Source: a virus (taxonomy: Duplodnaviria; Caudoviricetes). Taken from it: a stretch of DNA of 53,241 nt. Below, one piece after another: positions 38,677 through 47,886 of this stretch. Positions within the stretch are counted from its first letter, which is position 1, and each line of letters opens with the position of its first letter. The position numbers and the translations under genes were made by a program. Location: the IMG/VR virus record IMGVR_UViG_3300024331_000030, positions 1 to 53,241 of that record. One strand, 5' to 3'. The notes below the pieces were generated by a model. The model made no database searches, was not told the DNA's origin, and saw only the letters and a list, made by a program, of their open reading frames with translations.

Positions 38677-41010
38677 TCATTCTTCCTCTCCTTCTTCTAA
38701 GTCATCAGGACTAGATTCTTCTGGCAAAGTATCTATATACTTTTGCGCCGTAGAAGTATCATCACTAGTCACCATCTGACTCCAAGATTCTTTATGTTTA
38801 ACTATCTTCGACAAACACCTAAGACCTCTATTCGCAATGTCCGCAACTCTCGATTCTATCGTTCCGTTGTAGAATATGAGACGTTGGACTGTCTTAGATA
38901 GAGATGTAAGTCGCGGGACCCGGCCTACACCTTGTACTAGTTCTATGGGAGACCAAGTAGGGCAGCCTAAGACCTCCCGTTCCCTCACAGGTACTAGAGG
39001 AATATCTTCTTCAACTGCATAACCCGACTCTTTCCGGCGGCATTTAAACTTAGTCAGTTCATCGGAATGGTGAAGTGATAGACCAACACCACCAGCCTTA
39101 AGAGTGTAAAAGCAATAGAGACTATCACCTCGCTGAAACTTATCTATCTCTAGTTGACGAGCCTCAGGAGTTTGTATACCTAGACGTAGATACTCTGGTA
39201 TATCCATTATCTCTCTATCTTCCACATCATCTAAGTCTACTGTCTCTAAGAGTTCCTCTTGAGTCATCCCTAGAGCATCTAGTTGCTCCTGTGTCATCCC
39301 CATTATCTTCTTCTTCTGCTTCTGTGCTTTAGTAAGTTGAGTCTGACCACCGCCCCATATGATAGAGATTTTCTCGCGAGGTACTCCATACTTCTCTACT
39401 AGAAGTTGAACAGTTTTAATGATAGAGTTCTTAAAGGAGAAGAAGCAAACAGCAGCCTTATTCTTCTCCTCAACAATCTTATACATTTCATCAGCTATAT
39501 GACCTGACCTCATTAGTTCAGCCTTCATGCGGAAGATAAGAAACTGAACTAAAATCTCTAGACCATTACCTTTGCCGGTCATTGCAGCTTCTGACTCTGC
39601 TTTAGCCTTCTTCTCTAGATAGTCCTCCCACGCCTTCATGTACTCCCGCTTCTCCTCAGCAGTCTTAAAGTTAATACGTTCAATAGAGTTGACAGCCTCG
39701 AACTGAGGACGTACACCTTTGACACGAACTACATACTCCTCCAAGTCAGACATGAGACGTTCACAAGCTGCTTCATTATATTCCTCAGGAGAAGAAGGAT
39801 AAGCTATAGCTTTAGCATAAGAGGGCCAAGTCTCATTAGTTAGGATAGTACCTTCTGGAAAAGCTGTACGTTTACCATTGATATAATCTAGTGATTTCCC
39901 AGTAGCAACAGCAAAACACTTAGCCTCTATGACTTTAGTAAAGGGAGTCGCGGAGACAAAAGCTTGCTTAGGTCTCACACGCAAAGGCATATCGTTAAGA
40001 GCGCAAGCTATCTGGTGTTGTTGACTACCAGCATTCTTGAGGACTTGACACTCATCCCATGGTATGAAAGCTGGTTGAATACCTTTCTTCCATATCCATT
40101 TAGTTACCTCTTCTCCTTCATCTAGTGTTACTTCCTCTTTCAACCAATACTGTCCAGCTCTAGACCTCAGCATCTCTATGTTAATAACTTCACACATATC
40201 GACATCAATGTTGAAAGCATTCTTGAGGACGCGGGAAGTCTGTGTAACTATGGAAGCTTTAGTTACATAGACATAAGGTATATGGGAAAATGTCCTACCT
40301 TCATGAAACTCTGTGTCTATAAAGTGCCGTATCAAGTCCCCTACAATACCAGTCTTACCAGTTCCGGTTCCCGCAAGAATCATGACTACGGGTTTATCTT
40401 TAAGTATCTCTATAGCTTCTGAGACAGCCTTCTTCTGGTGCCAGAAAGGATGCCAGTCTTTGGAGATATTAGGAGAGCGGGTGTATAGATAATCGTTATC
40501 GGCTGTACGCTCTAGCTTGGAAGGCGTTACTGATTTAAGGACTCGCGGCAAGTCAGTGACAATAGTGTCTCTAACTTCTCGCTTGTTGGACTCTCCAGAC
40601 TCTCTATCATTGCACTCTTGAATCTTATCCAAAGCCTTTGTCGCAAGAGATACTCCGTTGACCTCTTGACTAGCTTGAGACGGCACTTCCCTGACGGCTT
40701 GAATATCCGTACTTTGTAGTGTGGTGTTATTTTCATAGAGTGGTTTCTTAGATGATTCTTCTATCTCTTTTTCTAGCTTGTCTTTTAGACTAGCCAAAAA
40801 GTCTTTTAGTTGAGGAAATGTTAGCTCACCTTGCTTATCGGCAAATTTAGTGTTACGGTATTCTTGACTGTACCCTAACTTACTTAAGACGCCATTCCAG
40901 TCTCTACTTATACTACCAAAATTCCAAGCAGACAAGACACTATTATGATGTTCTGTCTGTTGGTCTCTAAGAGTCTTCTGTCTCTTTTGTTCTAGAGTTA
41001 GTTTGGCCAT
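38677..41010 (-). CDS. SF2 helicase, Strawberry-notch-like
   Basis: GTGTGKT, DECQ, SATP, AGGVGLSLH, WSPIELVQGVGRVPR. Confidence 0.85.
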   Translation of the reverse strand: MAKLTLEQKRQKTLRDQQTEHHNSVLSAWNFGSISRDWNGVLSKLGYSQEYRNTKFADKQGELTFPQLKDFLASLKDKLEKEIEESSKKPLYENNTTLQSTDIQAVREVPSQASQEVNGVSLATKALDKIQECNDRESGESNKREVRDTIVTDLPRVLKSVTPSKLERTADNDYLYTRSPNISKDWHPFWHQKKAVSEAIEILKDKPVVMILAGTGTGKTGIVGDLIRHFIDTEFHEGRTFSHIPYVYVTKASIVTQTSRVLKNAFNIDVDMCEVINIEMLRSRAGQYWLKEEVTLDEGEEVTKWIWKKGIQPAFIPWDECQVLKNAGSQQHQIACALNDMPLRVRPKQAFVSATPFTKVIEAKCFAVATGKSLDYINGKRTAFPEGTILTNETWPSYAKAIAYPSSPEEYNEAACERLMSDLEEYVVRVKGVRPQFEAVNSIERINFKTAEEKREYMKAWEDYLEKKAKAESEAAMTGKGNGLEILVQFLIFRMKAELMRSGHIADEMYKIVEEKNKAAVCFFSFKNSIIKTVQLLVEKYGVPREKISIIWGGGQTQLTKAQKQKKKIMGMTQEQLDALGMTQEELLETVDLDDVEDREIMDIPEYLRLGIQTPEARQLEIDKFQRGDSLYCFYTLKAGGVGLSLHHSDELTKFKCRRKESGYAVEEDIPLVPVREREVLGCPTWSPIELVQGVGRVPRLTSLSKTVQRLIFYNGTIESRVADIANRGLRCLSKIVKHKESWSQMVTSDDTSTAQKYIDTLPEESSPDDLEEGEEE

Positions 41011-41012
41011 AC

Positions 41013-41195
41013 TTATACCTTAGTCTTACGAAACTTAAAATAGATATTAGGCCAGTCATATAGATTCCAATAAGTAACAGGATTCCACACTTTAGTATAA
41101 CCATATCTAAAGTTATCTTTGTAAGTGAACTCTATTGGAATACCACTATCAAATAACTTCTTCCATTTGTCTAAAGTTCTCTTTGAATTTTTCAT
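41013..41195 (-). CDS. Hypothetical protein
   Basis: Packed ORF. Confidence 0.55.
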   Translation of the reverse strand: MKNSKRTLDKWKKLFDSGIPIEFTYKDNFRYGYTKVWNPVTYWNLYDWPNIYFKFRKTKV

Positions 41196-41641
41196 TTCAA
41201 CTCCTCCTCTTTTGTTACAAGTTTAGGCATTCTCTCAGGACATATAGCTCTTATGTTCCCGAACTTCTTCTTAGAGACAAGAGCATAAGCTGTACTCCTC
41301 GCCGGGTCTTCTGGAAATTGTAGTTCTTGCATAATGAATCGTGTAACTATCTTCACGTTAGCCTCCAGTATCCATCTCGCTATACGTTCTTTCTCAGAAC
41401 GGTCTTTCTGTAACTTCCAATTAGTACTACTATTGTACCAAAGAGGATAGTCCCACAGCTTAGGAGACTCTAAAGGAGAACCATCCCAATCTGTAAACTG
41501 GACTCTATACTCTGTCCCCTTGTTGAAGTGTTGAGCTAATATCTCTCCGGTCTCTTGGTCTGGGAGGTCTCGAATACCTTTCAACTCTTTACCTAGAGTT
41601 AGTTCGAGGAAGGCTTGAAGGGAGACTGTAATGGTTTTCAT
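41192..41641 (-). CDS. Hypothetical protein
   Basis: Packed ORF. Confidence 0.65.
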   Translation of the reverse strand: MKTITVSLQAFLELTLGKELKGIRDLPDQETGEILAQHFNKGTEYRVQFTDWDGSPLESPKLWDYPLWYNSSTNWKLQKDRSEKERIARWILEANVKIVTRFIMQELQFPEDPARSTAYALVSKKKFGNIRAICPERMPKLVTKEEELK

Positions 41642-41659
41642 GTATTGTGATTTAAATAC

Positions 41660-41757
41660 TTAAGTCAGTAGTCATGGTGGAGTCGAACTCACTAGGCTCG
41701 ATAATAACACCTTATCAAGACAGATACCACTACTGTCATACATGACTACTGACTTAA
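41660..41757 (-). ncRNA. tRNA-like RNA with a 17-bp closing stem
   Basis: TTAAGTCAGTAGTCATG/CATGACTACTGACTTAA encloses a D-like arm (GACAG-TAGTGGTAT-CTGTC), an 8-bp arm and a GTTCGACTC T-loop. Confidence 0.7.
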
Positions 41758-41807
41758 ATACACATACTATAACTGGTATGTGAGCAGTTGAGGAACCAAT
41801 CTACAAC

Positions 41808-42416
41808 TTACGCCGCACTCGGAGCAGGAGTAGACTTCGAGGGAGAGGCAGCTTCCTTAGCAGCCTTAGCAGCAGCACGCTTAGCAGCAGCAGCCAAGTG
41901 CTTCTTCTCCAATTCACTATACTGCAACTTGAGAGGTTTAATCTTCTTCTGGACAGCCTTCATCTGTTCAGTGAGACGGATATAGTCTTCAGGGAACTTC
42001 GGCTGACCGGTCGCATCATCAGTCTCATATTTGTCATCCATGACAATCGTCTGAGCTTGGTCAACCAAGTCACCAATCTGTTCCTGCAAGTCACCCATCG
42101 TGGCAGCGCCGGACTCAAAATCAGCCCATGCGGAGATGACTCCATCCATGTCAGTGATACCAGTCGTCTTGTCAGTCTCTTCGACCCAAATGTCCATACC
42201 AACACGACGAAGGAAACGGGTGAGGATAGTGTTGACTGTGCTATCACCCATGAACTTACGACCATTCTCCTGGTTGGAAGCATCAACTTCCAAAGTCCAG
42301 AACTCTTGTCCTTTACGGTCAGAAGTCTTGCCGAATTTAGTGAGACTCAAAGGCAACGACACTTCATTGCGAGAGACTACAGGTGGATTTTCTTTAGTGT
42401 ATGTAACAGTACTCAT
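41808..42416 (-). CDS. Probably abundant hypothetical protein with coiled coil and Ala/Lys tail
   Basis: High-expression-type codons; first large gene after the promoter at 42689. Confidence 0.75.
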   Translation of the reverse strand: MSTVTYTKENPPVVSRNEVSLPLSLTKFGKTSDRKGQEFWTLEVDASNQENGRKFMGDSTVNTILTRFLRRVGMDIWVEETDKTTGITDMDGVISAWADFESGAATMGDLQEQIGDLVDQAQTIVMDDKYETDDATGQPKFPEDYIRLTEQMKAVQKKIKPLKLQYSELEKKHLAAAAKRAAAKAAKEAASPSKSTPAPSAA

Positions 42417-42688
42417 ATGTTTGATTTGTTTATCTACTTAACGAGATATTCTCTTTGTTGATGGTGTCTCGTATTCTAGTTCACCATTTAACCCATCTAT
42501 AGTGTGGGTGAAATTAACGACGAAATATAAGAATATATAAAACACAAACATAACAATAGCTAATGCTACTAGTTGGTGTTTAATACCCTGTGTATTACAA
42601 TAAATGTCATTGAGACAATGTGATTTGGGCGTCTGTCATAAGTAATTAGTTTGTGTAAGAGTGATTTACTAATTGTCCTTGTTGCCCT

Positions 42689-42706
42689 TAGCAATTTCCA
42701 TGCCAA
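42689..42706 (-). promoter_or_regulatory. sigma54 promoter
   Basis: TTGGCATGGAAATTGCTA. Confidence 0.9.
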
Positions 42707-42741
42707 GTGTTGTATTAGGTAGTTATATAGCTTAGAGAAGA

Positions 42742-43482
42742 CTAGTCTTTACTGCCTTTCATAGCGGCTGTGATGGCGGTGCGCCAAGTTTTCTGACTGG
42801 CTGCTGTTGATGGATTAAACTTGAAGTGTTCATAAATATGGACTGTTCTGTGTTTATCCATATAATCCAACCTTTCTTTATCCTCCACTAATCCCGCCGC
42901 ATGTTTGGTAAGGATTTGTTTTATTTGTTCTAAGTCTTCTGTTGAAAATGCTATAGGTATCTCATGCTCAATCTCCTCACTCGCCTCCTTAATCCAGTCG
43001 GGTGAGGTGGGAATAGTAACAACCTGTGATTTTCTGCGTGTTGTATCACGCAGGTAATTATCATTTAAACGAACAGTAGAGCAACCGTCTGCGTGACCGT
43101 TCATTTCACCACATATAGAGCATTGTTTCATAGTAGGTGGGGTGGGAGGAGTGGCGCGGGTGTTCCATCGTTGAACTAGATTTATATCTGGATTAGTGCC
43201 ATCAGTTGAAAAGGAGCGATACATGTTCGCTCCACATTTAATACAGGCAATGAATCGTCCGGTATAATTGGGATGGAAGCCTTGATTTGCAGGTTGTGAG
43301 GCTTCTCCGCCACAAAACGGACACGGCATCAATGCTTGTTCTTTGTTGGTGGGCGCAAGTTCTGGTGCGTCCGTGGGCATAAAACACTGCTTACACATCC
43401 ACCCATCACCATCAGGTGCTTGAATAATATCAGCATTACAACAAGTAGATTTCATAGGCATTAATTTGGTTTCTGGGGGCAT
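42742..43482 (-). CDS. Mosaic zinc-finger protein containing a Lar (restriction alleviation)-like domain
   Basis: LMPCPFCGG...IACIKCGA...WNTR; further CC..CxxC and CxxC..H..C units. Confidence 0.72.
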   Translation of the reverse strand: MPPETKLMPMKSTCCNADIIQAPDGDGWMCKQCFMPTDAPELAPTNKEQALMPCPFCGGEASQPANQGFHPNYTGRFIACIKCGANMYRSFSTDGTNPDINLVQRWNTRATPPTPPTMKQCSICGEMNGHADGCSTVRLNDNYLRDTTRRKSQVVTIPTSPDWIKEASEEIEHEIPIAFSTEDLEQIKQILTKHAAGLVEDKERLDYMDKHRTVHIYEHFKFNPSTAASQKTWRTAITAAMKGSKD

Positions 43483-43487
43483 GGTGG

Positions 43488-43673
43488 CTATTCAGTTTTA
43501 ATTGCTTCGATTGCTGCTTTGTTTCTACTCTCGATGCGCTCAATGGCCTTTCGTGCGCTCGCTATAGCTTCTTTTTGGTTTGGTAGCAGAGTTGGCGTCA
43601 ATTCAATGCCTTTCAACACTCCGCTTATTGTGCCTATGTCATAAGCATTTTCCGCTAAATCACACATTTTCAT
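43488..43673 (-). CDS. Hypothetical protein
   Basis: Packed ORF. Confidence 0.55.
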   Translation of the reverse strand: MKMCDLAENAYDIGTISGVLKGIELTPTLLPNQKEAIASARKAIERIESRNKAAIEAIKTE

Positions 43674-43713
43674 TTGTCAATCCTTTCTTCGTTGGTTTGT
43701 TTCTGGGGACATG

Positions 43714-43893
43714 TTAGTTCTTAGTTATTTGCCAGATGATTGGAAAGCACGGTATCAGGCAAAGATAAAACGTGCGACGTTGCCAAGTTCCAATTCTGAA
43801 TCCTTCGCTTACTTTGCCTTTCTCGCCGACCTTGATTTCAGTCTTCCAATATAAGCCAATCCAACAATTCTGAGGCACAAATTTAACCTTCAT
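43714..43893 (-). CDS. Hypothetical protein (start 43893)
   Basis: MKVKFVPQNCWIGLYW...YLCLIPCFPI. Confidence 0.6.
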   Translation of the reverse strand: MKVKFVPQNCWIGLYWKTEIKVGEKGKVSEGFRIGTWQRRTFYLCLIPCFPIIWQITKN

Positions 43894-43894
43894 A

Positions 43895-44467
43895 TCACTT
43901 CCCTTGGTTGAGTTGGTTGGTGGAGAAATGCTGGCAATTCTTTTTATGCTCAATAAACCAAAGCCAAGCACTTACTGGTAAATGAGAATCTTGTCGTTCG
44001 CATGAGGAACATATTTGACATAACAGTTCTTCCTTTTTCCTATTCTCCTCCAAAATCCGTTGGCCGGAGGTGGAGTTGTTTATGGCTTTGAATAAAGCAT
44101 CTTCATTGTGTGCCGATAGTCTTACTATGGTGCCATGAACTTCATCGTCTTTATGGTACAAAATAGTGTTCAACGCCTCATTCTTTTCCGCACACGCAGC
44201 TTCGAGGGTGGTGAGTTGGGATTGGAGATGTTGAATCTGTTGTTTTAAATTCCAGACAATATCTTCTTTGGTATTCTTGTCTTGCTCCAACTCCTCCACC
44301 CTCTCAAGCAATGGTTGGGTGGCTATGAGTTCACGTTCGAGAGTGGTAGCATGATTTACCATTTCTTCATAAACTTTAAAAAGTTTGACAGGAAATGGCA
44401 GTTTGCTTATTTTTGCGTCCGTCCTCCGTGTCGCAATCTCCTCAATCTTTTGTTGGGTGGGTGTCAT
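43895..44467 (-). CDS. Coiled-coil hypothetical protein
   Basis: Heptad-rich ORF. Confidence 0.65.
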   Translation of the reverse strand: MTPTQQKIEEIATRRTDAKISKLPFPVKLFKVYEEMVNHATTLERELIATQPLLERVEELEQDKNTKEDIVWNLKQQIQHLQSQLTTLEAACAEKNEALNTILYHKDDEVHGTIVRLSAHNEDALFKAINNSTSGQRILEENRKKEELLCQICSSCERQDSHLPVSAWLWFIEHKKNCQHFSTNQLNQGK

Positions 44468-44474
44468 AGCTTTC

Positions 44475-44735
44475 TCAAAGAGTTGTTTTCTGGTTACGGG
44501 CGGAGAGGATGGCTTTCTTGTAAATACCAGCAGTTGAAAACAACAGACTAGTACCTAAAGAACGTGATTCAGGGTTAGCATTGACAGTAGATTCGTTATA
44601 ACCTATCTCCGCCGCCTCAGTCATTCCGGTTTTGAAAGCGTCGAGTTGGATTAATGATATTGTTTCAGTTAAAGCAACATCAGGGCATTGATACGCCAGT
44701 GCAAGTCGTTCTAAAGCTTCTTTTGGTGTTAACAT
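44475..44735 (-). CDS. Hypothetical protein
   Basis: IQLDAFKTGMTEAAEI...AILSAR. Confidence 0.6.
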   Translation of the reverse strand: MLTPKEALERLALAYQCPDVALTETISLIQLDAFKTGMTEAAEIGYNESTVNANPESRSLGTSLLFSTAGIYKKAILSARNQKTTL

Positions 44736-44745
44736 AAATCAAAAA

Positions 44746-44847
44746 TTTGCCGGACATAGACAGGATTTGAACCTATAATAGTTAACTATACTTAGCAGAT
44801 GCTAGTGAAAGTATTATGTTTCACATTCCGCCACTACATCCGGCAAA
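44746..44847 (-). ncRNA. tRNA-Leu/Ser-derived RNA with extended acceptor and remodelled anticodon arm
   Basis: TGGCGGAATG D-arm start; ATAGG-TTCAAAT-CCTGT T-arm; 14-bp closing stem. Confidence 0.65.
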
Positions 44848-44852
44848 AGGAA

Positions 44853-44956
44853 TGATGGGTTAGTAACATTTTATTAGTTTCGTCATCAGGAAATATATTT
44901 ATCGAGTTCGCTATAAGATTGCTACACTCTATCCTTACACGGTTACCAACCCATCA
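44853..44956 (-). ncRNA. Structured RNA with a 15-bp closing stem
   Basis: TGATGGGTTGGTAAC/GTTACTAACCCATCA, with a G-U pair only on the - strand. Confidence 0.55.
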
Positions 44957-44987
44957 AAATTAAATGTCCGAGTTACGCTTATCGGAC

Positions 44988-45076
44988 TGGTTGCCGCGTT
45001 GGAATTGAACCAACTTCTAATATTGAACTAAGCTAGCCGTTCAACATCCGCAGTCACCATGACTACCATAACGGCA
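44988..45076 (-). ncRNA. CCA-ended tRNA-like RNA with elongated D and anticodon arms
   Basis: TGCCGT/GCGGCA+A+CCA; GTTGG-TTCAATT-CCAAC T-arm; 7-bp D stem; 10-bp stem with a 10-nt loop. Confidence 0.7.
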
Positions 45077-45082
45077 TTAAAC

Positions 45083-45206
45083 TGTAGCTCCCGCCACCGA
45101 TTCGAACGGTGGATTGACCAGACTATCGTAGTTGTATACGGTGCAAATAAGGTCATTACTTTTGCATATGTTTCGTCAGTAGCGTCTACCATTCCGCCAC
45201 GGGAGC
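45083..45206 (-). ncRNA. tRNA-Leu/Ser-derived RNA with a large structured insert replacing the anticodon loop
   Basis: GCTCCCG/CGGGAGC acceptor; TGGCGGAATGGTAGACGC D arm; CACCG-TTCGAAT-CGGTG T arm. Confidence 0.75.
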
Positions 45207-45481
45207 ATTAAATTTACTTCCTATACGACAGACCCTTCATCACTAGAACAAAGCATACAGACAGTATCAGTAAATCTGTAAGACATGTGTTGTGGAAATG
45301 GCGGACTGTGAGCCAATCGATAGAGTAGTGAGCCATATAGTTAATTATTAATAAACGTCCAATACAACACAAAACCTTTCTTCTTGACCCACTGATAAGC
45401 TGACATGTAGCCTTCTGTATCTTTGACAAAGGCTAAATGGACTCTAGGTGTCATGTGTTGGAGGTAGAGCATAAAATTAAA

Positions 45482-45665
45482 GATAGTTAGTGAAGCAGGA
45501 ACCGACCTGTTGTTTATCACTTGGCTAAGTGGGTTACTCTAGGTTCTCGAAACCTACACCTGCACATGAGTGATTACTAGGACTGCACTTCGGGTAACCC
45601 GACGCTCCCTTTGTAAGGTACTATCTTTTATCCTTCTCACTATCAGCCGCCACTCACTAACTATC
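45482..45665 (-). ncRNA. 184-nt multibranch structured RNA
   Basis: 12-bp perfect closing stem GATAGTTAGTGA/TCACTAACTATC plus several internal hairpins. Confidence 0.6.
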
Positions 45666-45991
45666 AAAATTTAACGTCTAATGACTAGATGGACATATAG
45701 TCACACTAGTTTGCCATTAGACGGAGCGTCTGTTATGCGCTCAGAAATTATAAGTAGTAGATTGCCTCTTTAAAACTGACTAAAGAGTTAATTGTTTTAA
45801 GGTCTCTAGATAACCTCTACTACTTCTTACACAATAAACTGGTTCATATCCTCCACAGAGGAGTCCTCTTTTCTTTTCAGGTGAGTGTTTAACCTATCAT
45901 TGTGTAAATCATGAAGGTTATTAACATAGTCAGAATTCTACTGGCAAAGTATTTCTACTTTAGAGGGGAACATTATATATTAATAACCAAA

Positions 45992-46066
45992 TGGTTGACT
46001 CTGTTGGACTCGAACCAACACTCAACGGCTTATGAAGCCGTAGCTTCACCTTTAAGCTAAGAGTCA
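45992..46066 (-). tRNA. tRNA with CAT anticodon (elongator Met or Ile2)
   Basis: TGACTCT/AGAGTCA acceptor; ACGGC-TTCATAA-GCCGT; GTTGG-TTCGAGT-CCAAC; encoded CCA. Confidence 0.92.
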
Positions 46067-46175
46067 GTAAATTGGTGCCCATTTCTCTACTTAAAGAACT
46101 TAGTATTCTAGTGTTTAACCAGATACCCGGATGGCAAAGAAAGCACAGTAGTATGTTTCTACTGATATTCTTACT

Positions 46176-46193
46176 TAGCATTTCTCATGCCAA
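46176..46193 (-). promoter_or_regulatory. sigma54 promoter for the tRNA/ncRNA array
   Basis: TTGGCATGAGAAATGCTA. Confidence 0.9.
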
Positions 46194-46227
46194 GTTGTAT
46201 TAGTGTATAGTAAAGTCTCTAAAGGAA

Positions 46228-46446
46228 CTACTTCTTAAATGCCGAAGGAAAACGATAGCGAGCTTCCGCTTTTGTGAGACGATTACACTCTTCCATTTCA
46301 TGTTTATCAAATAAAGCAGGATACCATTCTGAAGTATCTATATCGCAGAACATACCTTCATTAGGCTTATCAAGTTCAAAACGATAAAGACGAGTGTGAT
46401 TTGATATATCCTTAGTGTAATACCAATGTGTTCTTGCTTGGGGCAT
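46228..46446 (-). CDS. Hypothetical protein
   Basis: 72-aa ORF in the early arm. Confidence 0.55.
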   Translation of the reverse strand: MPQARTHWYYTKDISNHTRLYRFELDKPNEGMFCDIDTSEWYPALFDKHEMEECNRLTKAEARYRFPSAFKK

Positions 46447-46746
46447 AATAGTTCTTAGTGTTAATGGTTGTTATAGGTTTGAAAGGGCCGGCTCTTAATC
46501 AGCCTGTTGTTCTGTCTCCTTGATATGAACACGAATCTTACCAAAAGCGTTGAGTCTTTGTTCTTCTCGCAAACACCATTCTAACAAAGATTTGTCAAAT
46601 GCTTCTTTGGTCATAGGATGACTGGTGTAAAATCAAAGATACTACGTTTCTTATGGAGAGGGTTTATAGCACACATAATGTTTGTAGAGTCAACTAGTCT
46701 TGTTCTCCTCCGCGCTTCGCGCTCCGGGGCCTTATTATCCGTATGG

Positions 46747-46923
46747 TCAATTGGTGAAAGATGGATGGTTGAATATACGTTCTAAAGGAACTAAAGCTCT
46801 ACCCTGCGGCTTCTTACCTTGTGACTTAGCCGCTCGACGAGAGACTATGGGTCTTGCTGTTCGAGAGGAGAAGTGTCTTGCGGCCGAATAAGCTGAGAGA
46901 CGTTTGAATTCTTGGGGGGTCAT
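46747..46923 (-). CDS. 58-aa basic protein (not in the ORF track)
   Basis: MTPQEFKRLSAYSAARHFSSRTAR...; abuts the upstream ORF. Confidence 0.5.
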   Translation of the reverse strand: MTPQEFKRLSAYSAARHFSSRTARPIVSRRAAKSQGKKPQGRALVPLERIFNHPSFTN

Positions 46924-46924
46924 A

Positions 46925-47080
46925 TCATTTCCAAATTCTTATTTTGTGAGTTAAACTACCACAAGCCATATGTTTACCTTTGTGTCCTTTTTTTCTGGTA
47001 CACATATAATTATCTTGTATAGCTGGACAATCACTTTTTCTACCTCCACATCCTGTACATTTGTTTTTAGGTTTAGTCAT
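46925..47080 (-). CDS. 51-aa Cys/His-rich protein (not in the ORF track)
   Basis: MTKPKNKCTGCGG...CPA...CTRKKGHKGKHMAC. Confidence 0.55.
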   Translation of the reverse strand: MTKPKNKCTGCGGRKSDCPAIQDNYMCTRKKGHKGKHMACGSLTHKIRIWK

Positions 47081-47426
47081 AAACACCAACTACCACAGAG
47101 ATTGATATAACTACAGGTAAGAGGTAGTGTTGGAAGGAAGGTCTAATGGTAATTGGTGTTTAGGGCTAATATGCACTCTGCATTGATTTACAGGCTTGTG
47201 ACTGTTGATAACTATCAGTAAACACAGAGGTATATTATGTGAAGTGATTAGAGACACACAACATACTCTTAATGTATTTCAATCTATACTCTCGATTGCC
47301 TAGAACATACGGAGTTCTGTGCTTACTGGGCAGTTATCAGCTGCATTGCATATTAACACTTAACCACCGATAAACCCCTCACTCATTGTTGTCTAGCGTG
47401 AGGAACAACATTTAGGATGATTAAAA

Positions 47427-47572
47427 TAGAACTATCAACTGACCTATTTCAACATCCTTTTGTAAAGGTGCTAGTTGAACATGCGTTTCAGTCCTATCGG
47501 GTTGCCTCCTTATACATATTGAGTTGCGACCTCCATCACCTACAGTATTAGGTGCTATGGTTGATAGTTCTA
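47427..47572 (-). ncRNA. 146-nt multibranch structured RNA
   Basis: 13-bp closing stem TAGAACTATCAAC/GTTGATAGTTCTA with three internal arms. Confidence 0.55.
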
Positions 47573-47886
47573 GTCTAACCACCCTATGCGTCAACCCTTA
47601 CTAATTATCGTTTTCGCACGGTGGTACGGAAAGAAGTTGTATATTACTCATTGACCTGTTATCTTGGGAGTAACACTCAATTCTTGCGAAATGAGGAAAT
47701 TAGTCATCTTTTCACACTATTGCTAGTATGTAAGTTTCTACTCTACCAAGTTTGCGTCAGCTATACATTTAACTGCCATACATAATCTTGCATGGACTTC
47801 ATTACCTAGCAGAGCTAAAGTCTCATAGTCTGGCTATAATAGCGGTGTCATTGACTAATTTAGCTTTTAGGTTGTACAAGTAGTCT

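Noticed and set aside
44870-44900. CTGATGA-C-GAAAC on the - strand resembles a hammerhead ribozyme core
   Set aside because: Stem II is absent, and I could not form stems I and III with a correctly placed NUH site
45482-45665. 184-nt RNA considered as 6S RNA or RNase P RNA
   Set aside because: The fold is multibranch rather than a rod with a central bubble, and it lacks GAGGAAAGUCC and the matching P4 strand
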